Shown here one piece after another: positions 26,963 through 36,283 of a stretch of DNA of 55,578 bases (positions within the stretch are counted from its first letter, which is position 1; the number at the start of each line of letters is the position of its first letter). The notes beneath the pieces were generated by a model that saw only the letters and a program-made list of their open reading frames with translations, made no database searches and had not been told where the DNA came from. Origin of the DNA: a virus (Duplodnaviria > Caudoviricetes). The translations under genes and the position numbers were made by a program. Where the stretch lies: IMG/VR virus record IMGVR_UViG_3300045120_000280, positions 1 to 55,578 of that record, one strand, 5' to 3'.

Positions 26963-27007
26963 TCTACGCATAAAACGTAAAATGGTGTTGAACCAAATTC
27001 CTACGGA

Positions 27008-28057
27008 ATGACCCCCACCCCCACAATTCTAATAGGGGATGCGGCGGAAATCCTTTTGACGCTGCCTGACCGGAGCGTTCAAATGTGCGTTACGTCGCCC
27101 CCATACTACGGCCTCAGGGATTACGGTGATCCGCGCCAGCTCGGAGCTGAAGCCTCACCGGAGCTGTACATCATGCGGCTTGTCGAAATCAGCCGGGAGA
27201 TTCGCCGGGTTCTCAAGGACGACGGCACCTTCTGGCTGAACCTTGGAGATTCCTACTACAACTACAGGCCCGGGGCTGGGCAGGCACTGGTCAAGCAGAC
27301 CGTTTCGTCAAGTGGACAAGACCTTCCCCAGCTTTGTCCACGGCGGGGCAATGTCCTTTCCGGTTTCAAAGAGAAAGACAGGATGATGATTCCGGCGATG
27401 ACTGCCATAGCCTTGCGGGGCGATGGCTGGTGGCTGCGGGACGAGATCGTGTGGCACAAACCCAACCCGATGCCGGAGTCCGTGACCGACCGCACCACCA
27501 AGGCGCACGAATTCATCTACCTTTTGACCAAAAATCAGGACTACTACTACGATGCCGAGGCGATCAAGGTGCCGTATTCACCGGCAACCATGCCGCGCAT
27601 GGCGCGCGGCGTCAGCGATCACCACAAGAATGTTGACGGTGCCCCGGGGCAGACGCCACATTCAATGAACCAGCCTCGCCTCCACAGTGACTACAGCGGG
27701 CAGGCTACGAAGGATTACGAGCTGGCACTCGCGCAGAATCCCAGTGATTCCAAGCGGCGTATCGAAGAATCCATCCTCAATGGCACGGGCGCGAACAAGA
27801 AAAGCGTGTGGACTGTGGCCACTTCACCCTATCCCGACGCTCACTTCGCCACCTATCCTCCCGACCTTATCAAGCCCTGCATCCTGGCGGGCAGCAGGTA
27901 TGGCGACACGGTGCTTGACCCTTTCGGCGGGCGAGGTACAACGGGCGAAGTGTGCATTGAACTGGGAAGGAACGTCATCCTGATAGAACTGAACCCCAAG
28001 TTTGCCGCGTTGTGCGAGCACAGTGTCAACACCACGCCGGGTCTGCCCTTCCTATGA
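27008..28057 (+). CDS. Beta-class N4-cytosine/N6-adenine DNA methyltransferase
   Basis: Motif IV TSPPY precedes motif I DPFGGRGT; WHKPNPMPES and HFATYP segments resemble the M.Cfr9I/M.SmaI family. Confidence 0.92.
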   Translation: MTPTPTILIGDAAEILLTLPDRSVQMCVTSPPYYGLRDYGDPRQLGAEASPELYIMRLVEISREIRRVLKDDGTFWLNLGDSYYNYRPGAGQALVKQTVSSSGQDLPQLCPRRGNVLSGFKEKDRMMIPAMTAIALRGDGWWLRDEIVWHKPNPMPESVTDRTTKAHEFIYLLTKNQDYYYDAEAIKVPYSPATMPRMARGVSDHHKNVDGAPGQTPHSMNQPRLHSDYSGQATKDYELALAQNPSDSKRRIEESILNGTGANKKSVWTVATSPYPDAHFATYPPDLIKPCILAGSRYGDTVLDPFGGRGTTGEVCIELGRNVILIELNPKFAALCEHSVNTTPGLPFL

Positions 28058-28275
28058 GCCGCAACAAGCCTGCCGCCTACCATGCCGCCAAAAAGAAGAT
28101 GAAGCTGGAACGCCTGGTGGAAAAGTATTATGGGAAGCTGGCATTGTTGCAGGCATGGGAAGGCAGACGAGATGCCGACCCTGCTTACATCAGAGAATTG
28201 AAAGTGAAAGTCAGAATGTACAAAAACGACCTTACCTACCGAGGACACGACGATGTTAGTGATATACCCGTTTAG
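28054..28275 (+). CDS. Hypothetical protein (73 aa)
   Basis: ATGA-coupled. Confidence 0.6.
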   Translation: MSRNKPAAYHAAKKKMKLERLVEKYYGKLALLQAWEGRRDADPAYIRELKVKVRMYKNDLTYRGHDDVSDIPV

Positions 28276-29977
28276 CATAACCGATGAAGATCAGGCGTTG
28301 AAGAACGCTGAGTGGATTGCGGAGCTGGGGCCATATAAGAACCATGACATCGTTATCCTGTCCGACCGGCGATGCGACATTGGCATTTCTCAGGGAATCG
28401 TTGACGCGCTGACTCCAGTTTTCAAACACGCCCAACACCAGATCGCTCCGGCTGACATAGACGGGTGGCCGCAGGGAGCCAACTATATGTTCGGCTACAG
28501 CACCTGCATGATTGCGAACAACCCGCACGAATGGCCTTACTTCCTGTGGCTGGAGCCGGACGCCATTCCCATGAGGCGGGGCTGGCTTGACGATCTGGAC
28601 GCGGCATACCAGCGGGGCGGAAAGCCTTTCATGGGCGAGAAGGTTGACCTTGGAGAGAAGCGACCCGACGTACCAATCCATATGTCCGGGGTAGGCATCT
28701 ACCCCAACCCGATTGTGAACTACGCCGGTGAATGCTCCCGAGCGCACGACGTCGCGTGGGACATCGCCGCCAAGGATCAGATCCTGCCCAAGTGCCACTT
28801 CACAAAACTGATTCAGCACTACTGGAAGCATGGAACTTTCATCAACCTGAATCCTATCAGGGAAGAAACCGTGCTGTTTCATTCTTCAAAGGACGGGAGT
28901 CTCATAGATGTCCTTCGGAAGCAGGCTGCACCGGGCCTTAATCAAAACTCTGTCCCGACAGAACCGACGAGTGATAAGTCCTCGCGCGAAGAAATCGGAA
29001 CTCGGGCGGTGCAGCCTTCCATTAAGAAACTTCGTGACGGAACATGGGTTTTGGAGAACGATACGATCAGCGGCCAGATCATAGACACAGGACGCCTTGA
29101 TTTTGATCCCCTCATTCCTCACATCCTCAAACTCATCAGACCCGGTGATACCGTGGTTGATGCTGGTGCTTTTATTGGGGATCATACTGTTGCGTATGCT
29201 GACGCGGTAGGCAAAGAGGGCGAAGTCTACGCCTATGAACCAAACCCAGTGGCGTTCCAGTGCCTGGTTCATAACACCAACGGCATGTCGAACGTCTTCG
29301 GGTTCTGCCACGCACTGGGAGCGCAGGATGGTGTAGCCGGTCTGGTGGGAGAGTGGCCCGCAAACTTCGCCTCGCATTTCATTTCCCATAACAACTCCGA
29401 GCATGGCCCGGTCATACAGGTCAGGCGACTGGACATTGACGCGGCCCTGTTTCACCGGCTTGACCTTATCAAGATAGACGTTGAGGGCTACGAGCTGAAC
29501 TTGCTTAAGGGCGCGGAACAAGTCATCGAAAAATTTCACCCCACAATGGTGATTGAGATTAACGAGATTGCCCTCAAGCGACAGAACGCCACCGCCGAAG
29601 ACGTCATCAGCTGGGTGGTTCGCCATGGATATGAAGTGAGCGTTCTTCATCGCCATGGCGAGGGTGTTCCCTTCTACGACATTCTAGCTTTGCCAGCGGC
29701 AAAACCACCGGAGGATGTCAGCAGCACGGCTGCCCATGCACCGAATCAGTTCGTGACTGCTCCTCCAGTGGTGCCGACTGTTAAGGAAGAAATCGAATGG
29801 CACGTTGGAGTGCTGAAACAATTCTGTGAAAACTCACCACAAACCAAGGCTATCGTTCATCAGAAACTGGTGTATGCTGGTCTTAGAAAACCTAACAACA
29901 CAAAGAAACATGCCTCAAAAACTCATCGCACAACCAACGGGCAACGTAGGCCCGCTGCTGAAGAATGCCAAACCTGA
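28253..29977 (+). CDS. Glycosyltransferase-like domain fused to an FkbM-family methyltransferase
   Basis: N-terminal GT-A-like WLEPDA (ExD); C-terminal VVDAGAFIG, YEPNP and IKIDVEGYE FkbM motifs. Confidence 0.8.
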   Translation: MLVIYPFSITDEDQALKNAEWIAELGPYKNHDIVILSDRRCDIGISQGIVDALTPVFKHAQHQIAPADIDGWPQGANYMFGYSTCMIANNPHEWPYFLWLEPDAIPMRRGWLDDLDAAYQRGGKPFMGEKVDLGEKRPDVPIHMSGVGIYPNPIVNYAGECSRAHDVAWDIAAKDQILPKCHFTKLIQHYWKHGTFINLNPIREETVLFHSSKDGSLIDVLRKQAAPGLNQNSVPTEPTSDKSSREEIGTRAVQPSIKKLRDGTWVLENDTISGQIIDTGRLDFDPLIPHILKLIRPGDTVVDAGAFIGDHTVAYADAVGKEGEVYAYEPNPVAFQCLVHNTNGMSNVFGFCHALGAQDGVAGLVGEWPANFASHFISHNNSEHGPVIQVRRLDIDAALFHRLDLIKIDVEGYELNLLKGAEQVIEKFHPTMVIEINEIALKRQNATAEDVISWVVRHGYEVSVLHRHGEGVPFYDILALPAAKPPEDVSSTAAHAPNQFVTAPPVVPTVKEEIEWHVGVLKQFCENSPQTKAIVHQKLVYAGLRKPNNTKKHASKTHRTTNGQRRPAAEECQT

Positions 29978-29999
29978 TGGAACGTGGGATTACAAACCC

Positions 30000-30569
30000 T
30001 TAAGCCGGTTGAAGCCGGTAGGTAAAATCTCCATCCGTCGCTGGGACGTCAGGCCATAGCTCGTAGAGATAGTTCCGGGCTTTGTCACCGGAATTGTGTT
30101 CGATGTCGGGATTGATTTGCTTGGCCAGCGCGTAACCGCACTCGCCACTGGTGTAATCAGGGCCAATCTCTCCGACCACGCCTTCCTTTACCACCTTCGT
30201 TATCAGGTTGGTAACACGGCCACGGCATCCCATAACAACCCCGGGCAGCTTGGCCCGAACCTGTGGAGGGACGACAATGTATTTGTCCACATCGGCGTTC
30301 AGGTATTTGCCGCCCTGTATACCGCCGGAATAGTATGCGGTCTGCGATTGGTGGTGCTGATCTCCATGCGATGGCCCGCTGCCATCGTTGCAAATATCCA
30401 GGTCACTTTTGAATTTGCAGTACGTTCCTTCCTTGTTCCTGTAGAAGTTCACCCCATCAATGGTGAGGAAAATATCCACATTTTCTTCTTCCACTTCCGG
30501 AGCTGCTGCTTCCTTGGGAACGGTGATAACAAGTACGTCCCCGGCTTTGAGTGTTATGTTCTTTGTCAT
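30000..30569 (-). CDS. GH75 chitosanase-like hydrolase (candidate lysin)
   Basis: DLDICNDGS, QSQTAY, LNADVDKYIVVP, G..VTN, VVGEIGP, GEC..ALA match the GH75 motif order. Confidence 0.65.
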   Translation of the reverse strand: MTKNITLKAGDVLVITVPKEAAAPEVEEENVDIFLTIDGVNFYRNKEGTYCKFKSDLDICNDGSGPSHGDQHHQSQTAYYSGGIQGGKYLNADVDKYIVVPPQVRAKLPGVVMGCRGRVTNLITKVVKEGVVGEIGPDYTSGECGYALAKQINPDIEHNSGDKARNYLYELWPDVPATDGDFTYRLQPA

Positions 30570-33500
30570 TAGTGTCGTCCTCTGTGTGGTTTCCTCGACG
30601 GTGTTTTCACATGCGAGGAATAAGTATTCACGCTTGCCCCGAAATTTTCAAGCACAGCTATTGCCACTCCGGCAGCCAGTCCATGCTCCACGGTGGCCTT
30701 GTAAATGTCCATGCCGTTCAGCGGCAGCACTAGGCCACCCAGCTCCCCGGCCCATGTGGCAGGTTCTCCGGTCACCTTCTGGCCAGCCTGCGCGTTAAGT
30801 ATTGCCGAAGGTACTGGCGCAAACTTGGTTCGCAGGAAATCCCACACAACACCGGGAAGATTTCTTGCAGTGAATGGCCGACCCGGCCCCTGCTTGAGCG
30901 AAACTATCTGCCCTGATGAAGTTTTGGTGTTATGCGTCCCGAACCGGCTCATGATTGTCAGTGTCTGTGCCAGTCCCGCCAGCAGGTCAATGCGGGTGTT
31001 GCCAATCTTGATCTTCCCGAAGTCGGTGGAGAGAGGGTTCTTCTCGATGCTGACTCCAGCCTGCTTTCCGAGCATGTTAATCAACCCGTAAACCACTGAG
31101 TACCCCACCAGTGTCCTGCCATACTCCCATGCGATGGCTTTCCTGACAGCGGCATCCTTGGCGTAACGAAGTGGCTGGAAGGTCAACGCCTGAAAGCGCG
31201 ACATCACATACCGTGGGGCGAAGAACAACTCGTTGAGTGCCGCTATGCCTCCGGCGTACTGCTCCGGTATGTGGCCGCGCCCGGTGAAGACATTGATGAA
31301 ATTGGAAAGTCCCTTGGCCTGATCCAGCGTGAGCTGCGCCCCGGCCTTCTCTGCAACTGAATCCGCCATGACGTCAAAGGTATCCGCACGCAGCCGGTTC
31401 AGGAAATAAACGTAGGCGCGCTGGCTGTGGTTAAGCAGCGGGATTTTGTCCACCCACGCGCTCATGTAGGCTTCTTCCAGCTGTGACATCTTGGGATTCT
31501 TGATGTCGGTCAGGCCGAGCTTGGACTGCTGGTACAATGGAGCATTGGGACGCTCCCTGATGTCCTGCATCAGCTTGAAGTAATTAAAATCACTCTTGGC
31601 GGAACTGAAGGTGTCCTTCATCAGTCCAAGGGAACGCAGCGGATGACCGGAAAAGAGTAGCCCGCCCTGCCGGAGCAGCGCGCTGGTCAGGTCAGCGGTC
31701 ATGATCGACCGGGACACGCCAGCCACGTTGCGGTAAAAACGGAACGTCTTCTGGAGCTTATTCTGGTGCTTCAACACCTGATTGAAGACCGTTTCATCCA
31801 GTGCCTGCTTGGCCTTGAAGACGTCCTCCTGCCTGTGGCGCACCTGCCCGACGTCGCCGCCCTTGCCCTGACCGGGCCGCCATCCTGAGCTGACCTTTTC
31901 CCGCTCCAGTGCAGCCTGCGCCCTGCCCAGCTTGGCCACCTTGCGCGTGAGGTCTGCCGTCTCCGCCGGAGTCACGGGTTCTCCCTGCTTGGCGATTGCC
32001 AGCTTCTGCTCCATGGCCGGAACGTCGTAGTCCTTGGCCCTGAACTGATGCCATTGTAACTGGTTGGCCTTGCCACGGATTTTGTCTCCATTATTGGTGG
32101 CCTCCTCCATCTGCCGGATTCCGTTGTCGGCCTTTTCAAAATCAGCCGCCGCGCTGGCCCTCTCACCCGGTGTAATCTTCGCGTTCAACGCCACCTTGCC
32201 CGCCTGATCGCGCGAATTGGCGAGCAGCCCCCTTCGATCCACAACTGCCTGCTCCTCGATGGGATCGAGATGTGTTCGCTCACCTGTTCCCAGCTCCTTG
32301 ACCAGCCTGTCCGGGTAATAAGGGTTGGCTGCCGTTCTGGCACGCGCCTGAGTTTGAATATCCTCCCGTGACAGCACCGGCCTTGGTTCATTTGCCGCTA
32401 TGAAATCGTTGGCCGCGCCATTGTCGCTGAACACTCCAAGATGCTGGCCCGTGTCCCTGTAACGGGAAATGGCCTGCGGGACAGTGAGCGGATGACCGGC
32501 TTCATCCACGGTGGGAATGACCACGCTGCCTCTTTCATTCCGGATTGGAATCGAGCGTACGGCGGGCGCATCATCATTGTAAACCGGTGCCCGAGTGTTG
32601 TAGTCGATGTTGCCGCGCTCGACCATGCCCGGGGTATCATTGACGCGAGGGCCGTAATTGGGCTTGGCCTTTGGCTCGGCAATCATGCCGGGTTCGGACG
32701 GCGGCCTTGCCTGCGCGCGTGATTCCGGCCTTGGTGCTTCCACTGATTCCACTGGTAGGCCGGGGCCGGGACGAGCTGCTCCACCGGCGGCAACTTCTTC
32801 AGCTCCGGCTGCCTGCCGTTGCTGCTGGTCGCTGGGCGGTGCTGGCGGGGGAGGCAGTTTTTTGGGTGGAGGTTTCAGCGAGGTGGGAGGAGGCTTCTCC
32901 ACTTTGCCGCCCGTCATCGACGGATTGCCCTGTGCATCCACGTAAACCCATCTGCCATTGACGAATGTCTTCTGTCCAGTGCGTTCAAAGGATGGTTTCC
33001 AGAAAGCGGTAGTGTCGGTCTTGGGTTCTCCCCCAGCCGGTGGAGCGTCCTCAGGGAGAGGCTGGGTTGACCGGCCAGGTAATCCATACTCCTGACTGTT
33101 GAAAGTGGCCCGCAGGTCGCGCTTCCACTGCGGCATATCCTTCTCGTTGTCCAGAAGGTATTGACCGATGTTGGCGACGGCGGTTGAGCCTTCTCCCTGC
33201 GCCGAGGGCGCGCGGTTGGTTGCCCCGAAGCGCACCGTGCCTCCGGCATACAATCCATCCATAGGGACGTTGGTTTTCGCTCCGGTGAACCCGACGTTCT
33301 CCCTCTTGAGAACCTGTAACTTGTCATTGGTTACGATTGCTCCAAAGGGTTTCACCTTACTCCTGAGTGCCGCAGCGGGCATAAAATCAGAGGCTGGAAT
33401 ACCTCCCATGAACTGCGCCAGCGTGTCAGCTTTTACGGTTGCGGCTTCGGTTACCGGATTCTTGTCGGAATCCAGTTTTACGGAGCCATCGGCATTGGTG

Positions 33501-36283
33501 ATTGTTTTACGGGTATGTGCAATCACCCTGTTCCCATTCGCATCACTGGGAGCTTCTATGGAAACTATCTGTTCATAAGGATGCAGCACCAGTTTCTTAT
33601 TTTTAATGGCATCTTCCAGTCGGGGTCGAAGGTAATCGCTGGCCTCCGGAATCCCACTCCTGTAAATAACATGCACCGGGCCAGCTCCTGATTCGGCGGC
33701 TGATAGCGCGCCCTGAATTGACGAGTTCGCTCCGCCGAGAAAAATAGCTGACCCTTCCTTGCCAGCGGCTTTCGCTTTTCTCATGGCGGAAATCGCGCCC
33801 GTGGCCTTGTCGTAGATTTTAACCCCGCTTTCGTCTCCCGGAGTTCCGGTCACGCCACGCTCGGTAACGATCTTATTATTAGAGTCCACAATATCGAAAG
33901 GCAGGCCGCGTCCCCTCACGCCGGTGGCAACCAGGATGGTTCTGCCAGTAAATGTTTGACCTCCTTCTCCATTAGGGCCAGGCCCAAGAGTTCTGATCGT
34001 CCACATTTTAGTCACCGGGTCTTGGACAGGCTCACCTGCAATGCCGCGAACCTTTTCAAACTGCGCTCCCATCCGCATGGCCCGCTGGCGGCTGTTCAGG
34101 GCCACGCTTGCTCCCATGTCACCGAAGGGATTTGTTCCCATGGTGTTCTCAAGGACAGTTTGATTGGTGGCACCGCCATAGTCAGGGCCGGACTCCAGAA
34201 CGGTTACGTTGTGTCCTTCCGCAGAGGCGGAAATTGCTCCCTGTAGTCCCGTGTTTCCGGAACCAAGGATGATTACATCCTGATCCTTACCCCCGGGCAG
34301 CTCGGACTCCAAGGCACGCTGCTGCTTGCGGATTTCTATCTGCCGCTCCACGATGGGCTGCTGCTTGTCCCTGTTGCCGGAGAGTTTCACGCCCTCGTTG
34401 TCCAGCCTGCCCCATTCGGCCTCCAGTGCCTGGTAAGTCTTCCACTTGTCGGGAGATAAAAGTTTCTCAATGGGTGCATCATGCGTGTCCGGAGTGTCCG
34501 GCGGCGATTCCTTTAGCGGCGTGGTGTTCTCCTTTGTAGCCGGAGGCGGAGCCTGCTTGCGCTCAAACGGCGTCATGTCCACGCCCTTTTTAGTGAGGTC
34601 GTTGTAGTCCGACTCCATCATGCTCTGCATGGTGTCGGGAATTGGCTGACCGCTGTCCCTGAGAGCAGTCGCTTCCTGCATTCGCTTAATGGCGTTCTGG
34701 GTCGGGACATCATATACCCAGATCGGCCCCATCCCCATGTCTCTTTGCTCAAGACCGCTTGCCTTGGCCTGGTTATCCTCGGCTTTCTGCCTTTCTTCGT
34801 GCGCTTCCTTGAGAGTTTTCGCTACGAAAAGCGGAGGGATATTCCGCTGCCTTTTGTCAACAATGTTGTAAGTGCCATCGGCATTTGCCTCAATGGCGAT
34901 GTCAGGGCCAGCGGCGGTTTTAGCCGTTGCGGCTTGTGATGCCTGCTCTGACTTGTCAGCCTGCTTCTTGTTCAGGTAATCTGCCTGCGCCTGTGCGCGT
35001 TCCTGACCCTGATCCCCGGTGAACCGGCCTTCATCCAGGTCAGGCGGGTCACCCTTTTTTACTACCAGCCAGACACCCTGTTGCTTGATGACACCGTATT
35101 GTCCTACCGGGACTTCCGCCGTTGCTCCAGTGCTATCGCCACCATCTGCTGGTTTGCTTTCAGTTGTCCGAACTTTTTCAGCGTCCGTTGATACTGCGGC
35201 CCCTGCCGCAGCTCCTTCAGATTTTGTTTCATCACCTGTTTGCTCTGTCCCTGTTTTAGCGGCATCTGCTGGTTCTCCTTTTTTTGGTTTGTAGTAACGG
35301 GTTTCGTTTCTTATCGGATCATGGACTGCGATAATGTCTCCGATCTTGACCTGTGCTTCGACGTCAGCGGGGATGTCCGACCCTTTAAGTTCAACCATCG
35401 TCTCACCGACTGATTCACCGGGCGGCTTCTCCTCGTTGGGAGTGGTGTACTTAACCCCGGGTCTTTCGCGGGTGAACGCCAGCGGCGGCACGATGTAGCC
35501 CTTGCCAGGAAGTGGCACCGGTTGGAAAGACGTAGTAGGGAAGGCTTTCTTGGCTGCCCAATGCGCTCCCGGAACTAACAACGCGGCGTCTTCCCATGCC
35601 GTCTGGGCTGACTCCGCTGGTGAAAGCTGGTTCGTTGCGGCCCGCCAGTTCTTCTTTAGAAAATCTATCCCCCCGGGCGCAAACTCAGCACCCAGGAATG
35701 CCAGTCCAGCTGGTGGAAACAGGGCAGTTGCTCCCAGCTCCAGCAGGCCACGCGGGGAGGTGACAAAATCACTCAGGGCAGCTCCGGTATTGGCAGCCCC
35801 TCTTGCTTGCGTCTGGACAAAGTTTCCGGTTTCCGGAGTTTTTCCGAACAGGTATTGCGACCACACTGGAGCGTCAGCACCGCCCGGTCTGGGAAACGGG
35901 CCTGCCACTGGCCGCCCTGTTAGCTCCATGATGTTGCCGAAGTTCACCTGATCCGCAGACGCACCCGGCACAAAGTTCTTCCTGGCCAGAGCGACTTCAG
36001 GGCCAGGCTGAGTCAGGAGCTTGTTCAGGAACGACCCCGGATCGCTCATTATGTTTATTGCCTTGTCTGTCTCCGGGGTGCTTGGCGGAGAAGGAGAAGG
36101 CGACATCCCTTGTGGCGGGGATGCCTGTGGAGGCGGAGACGAACCCGTCGAGGGTTGTGGCCCGAGATCAGATAAATCTACATCCCGTCCCTGACCACCG
36201 GCCTGTGATTCAACTGGCGGCGGGCCGAGGTCGGAAAGATCAGGATCACTGTTGGTCTGTGATGACTGTGAGACCGGGGTCAC
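30569..36283 (-). CDS. Giant internal virion/DNA-ejection protein (1904 aa) with an embedded TrxB-like flavoprotein domain
   Basis: Last of three ejection-type genes; N-terminal DLSDLGP repeats; C-terminal helical/hydrophobic domain; FAD/NAD(P)-binding fold at about 33152-34285. GTG start is uncertain. Confidence 0.8.
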   Translation of the reverse strand: MTPVSQSSQTNSDPDLSDLGPPPVESQAGGQGRDVDLSDLGPQPSTGSSPPPQASPPQGMSPSPSPPSTPETDKAINIMSDPGSFLNKLLTQPGPEVALARKNFVPGASADQVNFGNIMELTGRPVAGPFPRPGGADAPVWSQYLFGKTPETGNFVQTQARGAANTGAALSDFVTSPRGLLELGATALFPPAGLAFLGAEFAPGGIDFLKKNWRAATNQLSPAESAQTAWEDAALLVPGAHWAAKKAFPTTSFQPVPLPGKGYIVPPLAFTRERPGVKYTTPNEEKPPGESVGETMVELKGSDIPADVEAQVKIGDIIAVHDPIRNETRYYKPKKGEPADAAKTGTEQTGDETKSEGAAAGAAVSTDAEKVRTTESKPADGGDSTGATAEVPVGQYGVIKQQGVWLVVKKGDPPDLDEGRFTGDQGQERAQAQADYLNKKQADKSEQASQAATAKTAAGPDIAIEANADGTYNIVDKRQRNIPPLFVAKTLKEAHEERQKAEDNQAKASGLEQRDMGMGPIWVYDVPTQNAIKRMQEATALRDSGQPIPDTMQSMMESDYNDLTKKGVDMTPFERKQAPPPATKENTTPLKESPPDTPDTHDAPIEKLLSPDKWKTYQALEAEWGRLDNEGVKLSGNRDKQQPIVERQIEIRKQQRALESELPGGKDQDVIILGSGNTGLQGAISASAEGHNVTVLESGPDYGGATNQTVLENTMGTNPFGDMGASVALNSRQRAMRMGAQFEKVRGIAGEPVQDPVTKMWTIRTLGPGPNGEGGQTFTGRTILVATGVRGRGLPFDIVDSNNKIVTERGVTGTPGDESGVKIYDKATGAISAMRKAKAAGKEGSAIFLGGANSSIQGALSAAESGAGPVHVIYRSGIPEASDYLRPRLEDAIKNKKLVLHPYEQIVSIEAPSDANGNRVIAHTRKTITNADGSVKLDSDKNPVTEAATVKADTLAQFMGGIPASDFMPAAALRSKVKPFGAIVTNDKLQVLKRENVGFTGAKTNVPMDGLYAGGTVRFGATNRAPSAQGEGSTAVANIGQYLLDNEKDMPQWKRDLRATFNSQEYGLPGRSTQPLPEDAPPAGGEPKTDTTAFWKPSFERTGQKTFVNGRWVYVDAQGNPSMTGGKVEKPPPTSLKPPPKKLPPPPAPPSDQQQRQAAGAEEVAAGGAARPGPGLPVESVEAPRPESRAQARPPSEPGMIAEPKAKPNYGPRVNDTPGMVERGNIDYNTRAPVYNDDAPAVRSIPIRNERGSVVIPTVDEAGHPLTVPQAISRYRDTGQHLGVFSDNGAANDFIAANEPRPVLSREDIQTQARARTAANPYYPDRLVKELGTGERTHLDPIEEQAVVDRRGLLANSRDQAGKVALNAKITPGERASAAADFEKADNGIRQMEEATNNGDKIRGKANQLQWHQFRAKDYDVPAMEQKLAIAKQGEPVTPAETADLTRKVAKLGRAQAALEREKVSSGWRPGQGKGGDVGQVRHRQEDVFKAKQALDETVFNQVLKHQNKLQKTFRFYRNVAGVSRSIMTADLTSALLRQGGLLFSGHPLRSLGLMKDTFSSAKSDFNYFKLMQDIRERPNAPLYQQSKLGLTDIKNPKMSQLEEAYMSAWVDKIPLLNHSQRAYVYFLNRLRADTFDVMADSVAEKAGAQLTLDQAKGLSNFINVFTGRGHIPEQYAGGIAALNELFFAPRYVMSRFQALTFQPLRYAKDAAVRKAIAWEYGRTLVGYSVVYGLINMLGKQAGVSIEKNPLSTDFGKIKIGNTRIDLLAGLAQTLTIMSRFGTHNTKTSSGQIVSLKQGPGRPFTARNLPGVVWDFLRTKFAPVPSAILNAQAGQKVTGEPATWAGELGGLVLPLNGMDIYKATVEHGLAAGVAIAVLENFGASVNTYSSHVKTPSRKPHRGRH

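Noticed and set aside
26764-26973. 69-aa ORF after the primase-helicase
   Set aside because: Its Leu/Cys/Ser content is a by-product of the TCTTGCA repeats; better explained as an origin.
29826-30059. Possible small plus-strand ORF (MPQKLIAQ... from 29910)
   Set aside because: Overlaps both the GT-FkbM gene and the convergent GH75 gene; insufficient support.
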